NCBI GenBank assembly: GCA_002633005.1
Contig: NMRA01000616.1
Location: 182,941 to 246,940 of the forward strand
Source: Phoronis australis
Taxonomy: Eukaryota > Animalia > Phoronida
Direction of reading: 5' to 3'
DNA length: 64,000 bases
The first letter of the stretch is position 1, and every line of letters begins with the position of its first letter. Both the position numbers and the translations under genes were made by a program. Positions 50,501-62,881 of this stretch are shown piece after piece. Below the pieces are notes generated by a model. The model was not told where the DNA came from, made no database searches, and worked only from the letters and a program-made list of their open reading frames with translations.

Positions 50501-53500
50501 CGGAACAAGCATTAAACATCAAAGTATCAGAATTTCTACCGTAGCAATAATTAATTATTAAAGGTGACAGTTGCGGAACCGTTCCGCATGCGGAGCGGTT
50601 CTGCATGGGGAGCGATTTCCCAAACAAAATGGTTTTATGGGGTATTTCTTTTCACCAATCATCTTAAAATGCATTCCATTATAATGCCACTTAAAACTTT
50701 CGATGTGACAATCCTAACAGTAATTAGTTGATCAATGTCATAGTTGCGGAACCATTCCACATGCGGAACGATTCCGTAAAGAATACTTTTGTGACCCTCA
50801 CAATTTTAAAAAAATTTTCTTGCACATTTCAGTTGAAATATATTCTATTCTCAATAACATATCAAAATATCAATGTGTCAACATGAACAATGATTAATCA
50901 GTTTGGGACTTGCTCAATGTTTGTGATGAAGAAACCTACCTCAAGCAGACTCGGGGAAAATTGACATCTTGTCTATGCCATTTTACCGCTTTTGGTAGAA
51001 CCTTAACAAAAGCCATGAAATATTCGAATCTTAACAAACAAAGAGCATTAAACATAAAAGTATCAGAATTTCTACACTAACAATAATTAATTAATAAAAG
51101 TGACAGTTGCGGAACTATTCCGCATGCGGAACCGTTCCACAAACTATACTTTTGCGATCCTCACAAGTTTTAAAAAAGTTTTCTTGCACATTTCAGTTGA
51201 AATATACTCTATTCTCCATAGCATATTGAAATATCAATGTGTCAACATGAACAATGATTGATAAGTGGGGAACTTGCTGAATGGTTTGTGATGCAGAAAT
51301 CTACCTCAAGCAGACTCGCGAAAAATTGACAACTTGTCTATGCCATTTTACCGCTTTTGGCAGAACCTCAACACAAGCCATGAAATATTGAAATCTTAAC
51401 GTACAACAAGCATTAAACATAAAAGTATCAGAATTTCTGCACTAACAATAATTATAATTAATCACTAAAAGTGACAGTTGCGGAACCATTCCGCATGGGG
51501 AACCGTTCCGCAAACAATACTTTTGTGATCCTCACAAGTTTTAAAAAAATTTTCTTGCACATTTCAGTTGAAATATACTCTATTCTCAATAGCATATGGA
51601 AATATCAATGAGTCAACATGAACAATGATTTATGAGTGGGGAACTTGCTGAATGGTTTGTGATGCAGAAACCTACCTCAAGAAGACTTCAGAAAATTGAC
51701 ATCTTGTATATGCCATTTTACCTCTTTTGACAGAACCTTAACACAAGTCATGAAATATTCAAATCTTAACGTACAAGAAGCATTAAACATAAAAGTATCA
51801 GAATTTGTACCCTAACAATAATTAATTAATAAATGTGACAGTTGCGGAACCGTTCCGCATGCGGAACCGTTCCGCAAATAATACTTTTGTGATCCTCACA
51901 GGTTTTAAAAAATTTTTCTTGCATATTTCAGTTGAAATATACTCTATTCTTAATAGCATATGGAAATATCAATGTGTCAACATGAGAAATAATTAATATG
52001 TGGGGAACTTGCTGAATGGTTTGTGATGCAGAAACCTACCTCAAGCAGACTCGGGGAAAAATCAACATATTGTCTATGACATTTTACCGCTTTTGATAGA
52101 ACCTTAACACAAGCCACGAAATATTCGATTTTAATGTGGAACAAGCATTAAACATAAAAGTATCAGAATTTCTACCCCAACAATAGTTAATTAATAGAAG
52201 TGACAGTTGTGGAACCGTTCCACATGCGGAATGGTTCCTCAAACAATACTTTTGTGATCCTCACAAGTTTTAAAAAAAATTTCTTGTGGATTCCAGTTGA
52301 AATATACTCTACTCTCAATAGCATATGGAAATATCAATGTGTCAACATGAACAATGATTTATCAGTGGCGAACTTTCTGAATGGTTTGTGATGCAGAAAG
52401 CTACCTCAAGCAGACTCGCGAAAAATTGACATCTTGTCTATGTCATTTTACCGCTTTTGGCAGAACCTTAACACAAGCCATGAAATATTCAAATCTTAAC
52501 GTACAACAAGCATTAAACACAAAAGTATCAGAATTTCTACCCTAACAATAATTAATTAATATAAGTGACAGTTGCGGAATATTTCTGCATGCGGAACCGT
52601 TCCGCAAACTATAGTTTTGTGGAGCTCACAATTTTTTAAACTTCTTACACATTATGGTTGAAATATATTCTATTCTCAATAACACGTGAAAATATCAATA
52701 TGTCGTCATGAGCAATAATTAATCAGTGAGGAACTTGCTGAATGGTTTTTGATGCAAAAACCTACCCCTAGCAGACTCAGGGAAAAATTGATATCTTGTC
52801 TATGCCATTTTACTGCGTTTGGTAGAATGTTAATACATGATACGGAATATTCAAATGTTAATGTGTAACAAGTATGAAACATAAATGTATAAGAATTTGT
52901 ACCGTAACAATAATTAACTAATAAATGGAGCCGTTCCGCAGGATGTCAATTTTATATAATAATATTTCCCAGTTAAATGGTTTTCATACATCAGTGTTAG
53001 AGCACATTTTATTTTTCCATGATTTTTGGGTACCTCAGAATTGAGCATTTTGGCTTCTATGAAAAAATTCAATCGGAAAAATTAATTTAAAAATTTTTTT
53101 TCATTGATGTCCTGTGTATGTGCAATGACATGAGCAAAAAAATAGGGTTCCCCAATTAGTTTTCATGCTACAGGTATCTTAGCTCAATTAGAAAATTCAC
53201 TTTCTCAAAAATATGCTCAATTTCACAACTACAGCTTTGATTCACCACATGATGATTTTGCCCTATCGATGGGAATGTGAAAAACGTTTAAGTTAAAGGG
53301 AATAAACTAACGAAACAAATTTCATCATAAATGAATTAAAATTTGCTGGTGTACTACGAATTAGGACGCAGTCATGTATAGTGTCTACACTTGTGTTTGT
53401 TAAAGAATTCATTTACGAATGAGTAGAAAGTAAAAATAGCAAAGTACCATTTGAATGACCACGTGATTCAACAGCCTAAAGATGGCAAAATATTGTTCTT

Positions 53501-56500
53501 GTTTAAATAAGTTTGGGTGTGCAAAAATGCGGCTGCCATAGTTTTTGGTTCTCCTTGTTATATCAGCAGATTTCACAATTTAGAACAAAAACAATTGCCA
53601 AAGTTGCCATTTTTCCAGTTTAACACGTAGCGAAGTAAATGTTTTCATCCTTTTTACTTTTGTTGAAAATTTGACAAAATAAAATTTTACTGTTCCACCA
53701 TATTGCGTTATAAATTGAGGAATCTTTACTTCAATGTAATGGGGCCCCTATCAATCTAGCCAAGGTGTGGGAAATCTTTCTTAGCCACTGAAGTTAAATT
53801 GCCAATCTCCTGTTGTCCTCTGCATAGTAATGTGATGCAAACAGAGCAATAAATGGTCAATACAGCTTGGAGGTCAACCTGCCAGTGTGTCAACTGGTTT
53901 ATAACAGTTGGACTTTGATTCAGAGATTTTGAGATTGTACACCCATAAATTAGGAACCTGGTGAAAAGCAATGGTGTAAAGTAGAGGTTTAGAGATGGTG
54001 AAAAGTAAAAGTGCATACAAAGAAAAGAAAAAAATACAAATTTATCAAAGACAGAACAACAAATTTCAGGCCAAAAGAATCCTCAAATATAACACAAGAA
54101 TTGAATGTAGAGAATACAGTGCTTTTGTGACAAACTTGTTCACTGTTTTGGGTACTACAGTTGCTTATACTGGTATGAAAAATATCTATGAAAATTCCAG
54201 CATAGAATGAACTTAGAGTTTAATAAGTTATTATGCACCTAAAATACTTAAATTCTAAGGTGATTGCATTAGAATTAAATGGTCAAGTTCTAAGAAAAAA
54301 TGAACAATGACCTAGCAGTGTGCATAAACATTTTTAGGAATATATGATTAGTTGCTTAAATTTACTATCCCTCTTGGTGAGTGACTGTCTATTCTCAAGC
54401 AGTTCTTTATGGCAAAGCCAACAATGCAGGACATTAACTGATGTTATCAGGCTTGGCCTGAGCTAACTAATTCGATTACATAACTGGATACCACTGTGGG
54501 GATAGTACTGGTTTTGAAATGAAATGGGGATGGTCAACCACCATTACACATGACTGTTGAACTGCATATCTGATCCATATGAAAGTCTAGATTCATCAGC
54601 ATCAATCAGTTTCACAACAAGCTAGTAGTTCATTTGTCACTTGCAATGTTAGTTTTTTCACTCTCATTAATGTTATCACCAGAATTGGTGAAGGTGGTGT
54701 GGGGTGCCCTTGCCAGTTCTTGTAGTCAGTCTTAAATAAACAAAATTTGAGAAATTTCACTCACTCACTCTTACAGACATTCATGCAGATAATTTGAAAA
54801 TGGTGATAACAAAGATAATAAAAATACCAATACCAATAACACCAATAATAATAACACCTGGTAATTCTGATATTACTAATAGTAATTAGAACAATAAAAA
54901 CATGTAGTAACTACTGCTATTATTACTATTTAAACGGCAGAGAAAACTGAGACTGTTGGGCTCTGGAAATGAAAAAATATTATACCCCTATGGATATGGA
55001 ATTGTGTGGTATTCAAAAGGCGTGGGTAATGAGCTTCAATTTTTAAAAGAATTTCGNCCATGAGCGGTTAAATGGCATAACCAAATGTCAATTTTTCCCC
55101 GAGTCAGCTTGAGGTAGGTTTCTACAACACAAACCATTCAGCAAGTTCATCACTGATTAATTACGGTTCACGTTGACACATTGATATGTCCATGTGTTAT
55201 TGACAATAGAATGTATTTCAATTTTAATTCGCAAGCATCAATTTAAAAAAATGTGAGCTCCACAAAACCATTGTTTGCGGAACGGTTCAGTAACTGTCAT
55301 ATTGACCACCTAATTATTGTCAGGATTGTCAGATTGATACTTTCAAGTGGCATTGATTATAGAATGCATTTTAAGTTCATTGGGCAAAACAAATACCAAG
55401 CAAAACCATTCTGTTTGGGAAAACGCTCCCCATGCGGAATGATTCCGCTTGCGGAACGGTTCCGCAACTGTCACATTGATCAACTAATTACAGTTAGGAT
55501 TGTCACATCGATACTTTCAGGTGGCATTGATAATGGAATGCATTTTAAGATTATTGGTGAAAACAAATACCCCATAAAACCATTTTGTTTGGGAAATCGC
55601 TCCCTATGCAGAATGATTCCGCATGCGGAACCGTTCCGCAACTGTCACTTTTATTAATTAACTATTGTTGGGGTAAAAATTCTGATACTTTTATGTTTAA
55701 TGCTTTTTGTACATTAAGATTCGAATATTTCATGGCTTGTGTTAAGGTTCTACCAAAAGCGGTAAAATGGCATACAATGTAGACAATATGTCGATTTTTC
55801 CTCGAGTCTGCTTGAGGTAGGTTTCTGCATCACAAACCATTCAGCAAGTTCCCCACTGATCAATCATTGTTCCAGTTGACACATTGATATTTCCACATGC
55901 TAATGAGAATAGAATATATTTCAACTGAAATGTGCAAGAAAATTTTTTTAAAACTTGTGAGGATCACAAAAGTATTGTTTACGGAGCGGTTCCGCATGCG
56001 GAACGGTTCCGCAACTGTCACTTTTAATGATTAAATATGGTTGCGGTAGAAATTCTGATACTTTGATGTTTAATGCTTGTTGAACGTTAAGATTCGAAAA
56101 TTTCGTGGCTTGTGTTAAGGTTCTACCAAAAGCGGTAAAATGTCATAGACAATATGTCGATTTTTCCTCGAGTCTGCTCGAGGTATGTTTCTGCATTACA
56201 AACCATTAAGCAAGTTCCCATTGATCAATCATTGTTCAAGTTGACACATTGATATTTCCACATGCTAATGAGAATACAATATATTTCAACTGAAATGTGC
56301 AAGAAAAAATTTTTAAGCTTCTGAGGATCACAAAAGTATTGTCTGCGGAACGGTTCCGCATGCGGAACGGTTCCGCAACTGTCACTTTTCATAATTAATT
56401 ATGATTGGGGTAGAAATTCTGATACTTTGATGTTTAATGCTTGTTGAACGTTAAGATTCGAATATTTCGTGGCTTGTGTTAAGGTTCTACCAAAAGCGGT

Positions 56501-59500
56501 AAAATGTCATAGACAATAATATGTCGATTTTTCCTCGAGTCTGCTTGAGGTAGGTTTCTGCATCACAAACCATTCAGCAAGTTCCCACTGATCAATCATT
56601 GTTCAAGCTGACACATTGATATTTCCACATGCTAATGAGAATACAATATATTTCAACTGAAATGTGCAAGAAAAATTTTTTAAAACTTCTGAGGATCACA
56701 AAAGTATTGTCTGCGGAACGGATCCGCATGCGGAACGGTTCCGCAACTGTCACTTTTAATAATTAATTATGGTTGGGGTAGAAATTCTGATACTTTGATG
56801 TTTAATGCTTGTTGAATGTTAAGATTCGAATATTTCATGGCTTGTGTTAATGTTCTACTAAAAGCGGTAAAATGTCATAGACAATATGTTAATTTTCCCC
56901 GAGTCCGCTTGAGGTAGGTTTCTGCATCACAAACCATTCAGCAAGTTCCCCACTGATCAATCATTGTTCAAGTTGACACATTGATATTTCCACATGCTAA
57001 TGAGAATAGAATATATTTCAACTGAAATGTGCAAGAAAAATTTTTTAAAACTTGTGAGTATCACAAAAGTATTGTTTGCGGAACGGTTCCGCATGCGGAA
57101 CGGTTCCGCATGCGGAATGGTTCCGCAACTGTCACATTGATCAAGTATTTATTATTAGGATTGTCACATTGATACTTTCAAGTGGTATTGATTATGGAAT
57201 GCAATTTAACTTTATTGGTCATGAGAATTTAAAAAATTGCGTTCTCCAAAAAAGTATTCTGTTTGTGGAACCGTTCCGCATGTGGAACCATTCTGCAACC
57301 GTCACATTGATTAATATATTATTGAGAGTGGGCACATTATACTCTCAAGTACTATTGAGAATGGAATGTAATTCATGTTTATTGGGCCGAGAGAAAATTA
57401 AAAATTTTAGTCCTGTGCTAAACTTTTCTGTTTGGCTTTTTGGAACTTTCACATTGATTTTTAAAAATAAATTATTATTTTGATTATTATTCCACAAAAT
57501 ATACATAATATTTCTCAAGTCACAGTATTCCACAAAACTTGCGCAGTGCGGAATATTCCGCAAAATCTGCGTAATATTCCGCAAAGTTTGCGTAATATTC
57601 CGCAAAGTTTGCGTAATATTCCGCAAAGTCTGCGTAATATTCCGCACTCAGTGCGGAATAATCCGCACATTTGCGGAATATTCCGCACAGTTGCGGAATA
57701 TTCCGCACACTTGCGGAATATTCCGCACTCAGTGCAGAATTTTCCGCAAGGCAAAAATTGAACTTCTAATTAAGAAAATGCTAATTGAGGAAATAAAAAT
57801 GTAACATTGTAAACATGTTTAGGGTAAGGTATAGATTTGATACATACCATTTTTTATGGCCCTAAGTGGATATTAAAAAAGTGCGGAACCGTTCCGCACA
57901 CTTTGAGACTAAATAATATTGTCTCATTTGAAAAATATCGCCTTACATGTAGATCAATAGATTGGTCGAATTCAAGGTGCAACAAACTTAAGGTTTAAAA
58001 CAGACTTGGGAAGAACTGAAGTTTAGTTATTGCTTCAGAATAAGCTCTGCATTAAGTTACTCGTCACGGCGAATTTTATTCATTGTAAAACAATAAACTT
58101 AGAGGCCACAGAAGTAATAGGGCTCTGGGATGAAGTGAAAATGAAGGAATAAGAGCGTGGGATGGTGCTTTGGAAGGTAGTTGCCTTCTTGAAACCAAAG
58201 CAAGGTGCGTAACAACTTCAGTCTTCATTTTATTCGATTTCTTGAATCGATGAACCAAAACCAAATTCTGAGACAAAACGTTTTATGTAAGAGTAAAATT
58301 TATGCTTATCTGTGGTCTACTTTCATAAAAATGCCACAAACTTGTCGCGTATCTCTTAATGCTTACAGTAGATTTCCGCACCCACAGACATATACTGATA
58401 CATAAAAATTGACAATTAGCTTGAAATTAGAGCTTACTGGTCCTTTGCTGATTCTGTCAAGCTTTTTACTCGTGTTTGGGTAATAAACTTCAGGATATTT
58501 GCGTAGTTCTGAAAGAAGTCGTCTTCAGAAATCACCAGCTGAAACAACATGAAGCCCAATGCTCAATACAACAAAGCAAAGGCATATATGAAAGCAAACA
58601 TTGTAATGATTCACATAAATTATAAGTATAATTCCTTGTACGTCTGAGTTAGTAGCCGGGTTAAAGGAAGTGGCTGGATTGCGTCTAAAACGACTTGTCC
58701 GTTTTAGAGCCCAACAATGACAAGAAAATGTACTTTCGGAACTCAGCCTTGCGTTGATGCAACAACGTATAGGACTATACACAATATCACAAGGAATTAT
58801 CGCGTGTGTTTAAGCAACTGCGGCTTTTCATTGCTCCACCTTATCTGTCTTTCGTCTTAAAGTGTTCCCACCACGGCCTGTGCCTCAAAAAGAAATTTAC
58901 TAATACATCTTAAAAGATTTAATAAACTTCAATATACCTATTGGCAAGAAACAAGCCGCAATTTAAGAAAAAACTGTTATTGGGGCTGTACATAATGGGT
59001 GGAAGACCGTCTCTATGGTTGATGTTATTACCAGTGCGATATTGAGGAGTTGTGATAGAAAAGTCCGCGGAGAGACGCCTTTTTCAAACATGGAAAAGTG
59101 GGTTTCTGGAGGCCGTAGTAACAGCAACTTGACTGAGAACGTCTCTGTGTTCAAATTTCCTAAGTACGTGAACGTTGCGCAGAAATGGCATCGGTTTGTG
59201 CGCCGCACGAGAGTGTCGAATGTCAGTGTGGAACATGCGATTCAGTCGGGAGCCACACTTTTTTCGGCAGGAATCGTGTTTCGATAAAACACAAAACCGG
59301 TCTGATGATAAAAGACTTGACACCTTGTAAGTGTATTTTCAAATCTTATAAATAACGAACAAACTTCTTCCATTCTAGAGCTAGTGATGCCAGGCCCTCG
59401 ACCCGTGCCCAGATGGAGTGCTACGACACGTAGGCTTACTTTCAGACCGTGGGTTCATTCCATCATGGCAATAGTGAATATACGAGTGACCCAGGTTTAC

Positions 59501-62305
59501 TGTGGCTTTTGTCAGTGATTCGCAAGTATCTATTTGGGGAATATTGGCCGCACTTCTGTTTAGTTGTTTGTGGCTCATATACCTGTATGTCTGCAGCAAT
59601 TCGTATGCAAGTGGGTCTAGTTCATATGGCCTCAATGCCGACGAAAGTTCACTAAATGGGAAACCGAATTTATTGACTGGTACTTCAAGTATTTGAGTGC
59701 AATGCCCGTATGCTTTCTCCTCCCTGTCTACTATATGAATGTCCATTTCTCGCTCGAAATCGTCCTCGTCTTTTGATGTGCTGTTTTCCGCCATTGCAAT
59801 TGATTATCAAGTGACCAAATGTCCTCCACCCATTACATAATTTGGCGGGGAAATGGAAATGACTAATTTTTCTACGAAATTTAAGAAATCGCGACAATTT
59901 TACATAAAAAAGTGCTTCTTTAGTTAGATTTATGGTATGCGTTTCATATTATCTAGCTGAAACCTTGAGAACTAAGAAAATGCATTTTGTGAACTCTTCA
60001 AATGTTGCACGACTCACTGTAGGGTGATAACTACAATATCTTACCGTCTTGTATTTTTCGTCTAGAGCTGTTGCTTCGTTGATCCAGGCAGGAAACCCGA
60101 TTCTATCTATAACTCTATCAACCTGAAAAATAAACATAAAAAAATAAAATAGCTTTGCTAGGAAAAGGCTCCCACTTTGTAAAATAAATACATTACAATG
60201 CCAAGCTGTTATGTAATTGTGTTTTTACGCCAATTCCGTCGCTAATTGTTACCAGTCTGGACCCAGTTTATCTGGCATTGACATTTATAGGTAGGTGGAA
60301 GAACTCGTGCACGCTTTGATGACCATGAAAACACATATTTTTCACATCGAGTCTAAAATGCCTTGAAATGCTTACACCAACAGGTAGTAAGCCTATTTAC
60401 ATTAGCACCACGATGTTACAGCGCTCTTAGATGGAGGAGTTCATGTATCTGGTACACTCAATGCGGGCACTTTGGATAACATATTTTCTCTTTGGTATGC
60501 ATTAGGATTTGAATCGAGGACTGTTGCCAAGCCATGACTGTCTAAGTCACTGGGTCATCAAACTTCGAGTCGATAGGCTGCTAGCAAGGCTGACTGAAAA
60601 CATCGCCGTGTAGCGTCACGGGCACAGCTGTCTTGATATTCCTTTTACTTCAGGCTGTTTCATTGTCAAGTAACCTGATGTTATCCCAGCTGTGGATAAT
60701 GTATTGTTTCGATCACATGCTGTGCTACTCCTAACGAATTACTCAAACTTGACTAGTTAATTTTTAAGAGATTACCTACGACATAGACCACCAGTATTGT
60801 CATCAAAATGAAGAAGGAAGAATGTCACCGAACCTTGACGTCGAGCTTGTTATTAGCTTGCATTGTTACTCGAGGATGTTGAGGTTGTCTAGCAACTCTG
60901 CTTCAACAACAACTTCTTTTCAACAGAGAGTGAACTATTTAGGACTATTCATGGTTTAGTGAAAGAGGACCAACGTGCTGAGATAGAGCATGGAGTGCAT
61001 TTTTAAACTATTACGATACAAATTGGGAGGCCTCAAATCCACACTCTGGTTTAAATGGTGTTATCATGGCTAGCAAAATAATTAAGAGTGATTGCCTGTA
61101 TCAATCAGGCAAAAGGTTTTAATCCGTGAATATGACTTTTCACGCAGTTTAAAATTGATATCGCCTCTTGGATTAACCTAACTCTAAACAATAAAAACTA
61201 GTAGCTTCCAGGAATCCGTCACAGCTTCGTCGCAAATGTTTCTCGTAAATGGAATGTAAACTTATCTCCATTAATGTACTTGATACTTGTGCACGCTCTA
61301 ACACAGGAAGGTGGTCGACTAAAACGCCATGCCAGTGTAAACAGAGATTGGTATAAACAGACCAAAAGATTTTAGGCTTGTTGTTAGTACAGTACATCGT
61401 CACCTAAAATCGGTTGTAAAAAGACATTCTGTCACCGCGAAAAACTGTCCCCAGAGACATTTCTATTTTATGAGTAAAATTATTAACTACGTATCAATGT
61501 AATGAGTCGTGTTGCTTATGGAGGCACTGCATAATCTTTTTAAAGCAATTACAAAGAGATGTTGCATCCTCGATACACTTGTGATATGTCACTTCATTGG
61601 CACACACCTTATCTTTGATTGCCTTCTGTGTCAACCAGTTTAACCACGAGAGTCTTGAAACATTTTCCTTAAATGCCGTTTTCACTTCGTCCATCATTTT
61701 CTCCGCCTGCGGAGGAAAAGATCAAAATTGATGAAAATGATTTCTCCAAGCATTTAGGAAGGGAATGGTCACTGAGCTCTCCAACACAAAACGGTTAACA
61801 CAAATCAATTATTCCAAAACAGTGTACGTAAAACCAACTGTGGTCCTTGTAAAATCTTAAAATAACATGCATGATCGCGAGTGAATGAGTCTTACATATT
61901 TCACACTTGCTATGACAAGATGGCGGACATTTTTGGTGTTCAGAGTCTTAAAAGGCACAGTATGAGCTCCGACTCTTTGCATTTACTATTAATTTAATTA
62001 ATTTTAGTAAACCTGTAAACGCATCAGTTATGCACTGGATAGCAACACGGACGTCGCATTGTGAAATGTAACGTTGCACAGTGTACATAACGTCATGCAA
62101 AGGAAACTTGTTTTGATTAGATAAGTTGTAAGTTGTATGCAACCTAGCCCTGATGTATCGTACGACCAAAGCCTTCACCAACCAACCTTATCCTTATCGT
62201 CTTTAGAGAACGCTTCTTTAACAAACATGGTTGCTAGTGGGAACCCCATGGCGGCATCAGCTATAGAGATACACCTTGTCCATCGCGACTCTTCTCCCTG
62301 TATAC
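41475..62305 (-). CDS. M13 family zinc metallopeptidase, copy B (inverted paralog), exons 10-20; 5' part outside window
   Basis: Eleven exons with the same lengths and phases as copy A, intact splice sites, no stops; 21 amino-acid differences counted by eye. Confidence 0.92.
42746..42822 (-). CDS. Copy B exon 19
   Basis: [26 protein letters not shown]; 77 nt. Confidence 0.94.
43262..43357 (-). CDS. Copy B exon 18
   Basis: [32 protein letters not shown]; 96 nt. Confidence 0.94.
44188..44253 (-). CDS. Copy B exon 17
   Basis: [22 protein letters not shown]; 66 nt. Confidence 0.95.
45198..45277 (-). CDS. Copy B exon 16
   Basis: [26 protein letters not shown]; 80 nt. Confidence 0.92.
45979..46046 (-). 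CDS. Copy B exon 15 (HExxH)
   Basis: [22 protein letters not shown]; 68 nt. Confidence 0.95.
46696..47495. other. Assembly gap (800 N) in copy B intron 14
   Basis: N run. Confidence 0.99.
47660..47770 (-). CDS. Copy B exon 14
   Basis: Same peptide as copy A exon 14; 111 nt. Confidence 0.93.
48561..48710. repeat. 20-21-bp tandem repeat of palindrome TGCGGAATATTCCGCA (left arm)
   Basis: About 7 copies; mirrored at 57546-57750 with about 10 copies. Confidence 0.92.
49120..52940. repeat. ~365-bp tandem satellite-like array (left arm, ~10 units)
   Basis: TGCGGAACCGTTCCGCA clusters recur at ~49120, 49486, 49853, 50220, 50573, 50745, 51108, 51479, 51844, 52208, 52573, 52925. Confidence 0.92.
55060..57130. 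repeat. Same array in inverted orientation (right arm; ~174-bp and ~365-bp units)
   Basis: Palindrome clusters at ~55276, 55450, 55624, 55998, 56361, 56729, 57093. Confidence 0.9.
58438..58538 (-). CDS. Copy B exon 13
   Basis: [33 protein letters not shown]; 101 nt. Confidence 0.9.
60045..60122 (-). CDS. Copy B exon 12
   Basis: [26 protein letters not shown]; 78 nt. Confidence 0.9.
60352..60979. mobile_element. Unclassified ~630-bp insertion in copy B intron 11
   Basis: Absent from copy A (~20703); flanked by a GAG duplication; no TIR or ORF recognised. Confidence 0.5.
61608..61706 (-). CDS. Copy B exon 11
   Basis: [33 protein letters not shown]; 99 nt. Confidence 0.9.
62187..62305 (-). 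CDS. Copy B exon 10
   Basis: [39 protein letters not shown]; 119 nt as in copy A. Confidence 0.9.
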
Positions 62306-62881
62306 CTGTTAGGTTGAAAATTTAAAGGTATGTTCTTTGGCTATAGAAAATAAAGTACACTGTCTATGATTTGAAAAGACAAGACATTACTTCTGTAGTG
62401 GCAAGAGTTTTACAAACGTCTTCTAATTTCCAATGACTGTACGTCACATGTACCGCACCATCAGCATAAGTCTATTCTGACACTGCCTACAACAGACGAT
62501 ACTGAAACGTACACTATAGATTTTAACCATTGCCGTTAATGAACTGCATAGGCATGATATAGATGACCGATTTGATGAGATTGCTATTGAAATTTTGCGA
62601 GGAACAAATATTTGGTTGACTCGCTAGTACCACGTTGGACTGACTGAGAGATCACTCAGAACTCTCTTGATTTCAAATTGGTTCCAGTCAGATTTTGGTA
62701 TTTGGTAAAAGTAGGCAAGGTTTTATTGGCGTAACTTTTATACCTTTTGATCTTTACCTCCATAAAAACTATTAAAATACACCGTTACTACCATATAAAC
62801 ATTACATTAAGGTGGTACGATTGAATTTTTGCCCCAGTGTCGTTAAAAATTGGAGCCTGCTGGATTGAACGGCCATTTTAA

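Larger units (their letters stand above)
48364..57944. mobile_element. 9.6-kb foldback-type non-autonomous DNA element with kb-scale modular terminal inverted repeats, in intron 13 of copy B
   Basis: Termini AAGGCGATATTTT... / ...AAAATATCGCCTT flanked by an ACAT direct repeat (48360-48363, 57945-57948; a TA reading is also possible). Copy A has the empty site at ~23080. No transposase recognised. Confidence 0.88.
18701..62881. repeat. Large inverted segmental duplication: arm 1 ~18701-34623, arm 2 ~39016-62881
   Basis: Exons, introns, 3' flanks and relics align as reverse complements, e.g. 18701-19260 vs 62330-62881, 32130-32230 vs 40745-40840, 34560-34623 vs 39016-39075. It probably extends beyond the window. 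Confidence 0.93.

Noticed and set aside
49120-57130. Regularly spaced short palindromes resembling a CRISPR or attC-like array
   Set aside because: The sequence between palindromes is itself repeated rather than unique, there is no cas or integrase gene, and the context is eukaryotic. It is a tandem array within TIRs.
48548-57761. Repetitive ORFs (AEYYADF, LRNIPQ etc.)
   Set aside because: They are translation artefacts of the 21-bp and 365-bp repeats.
39016-62881. Arm 2 as an uncollapsed allelic haplotype
   Set aside because: Several introns and flanks are heavily diverged, the relics decay differently, and no gap lies at the central junction. It is not fully excluded without long reads.
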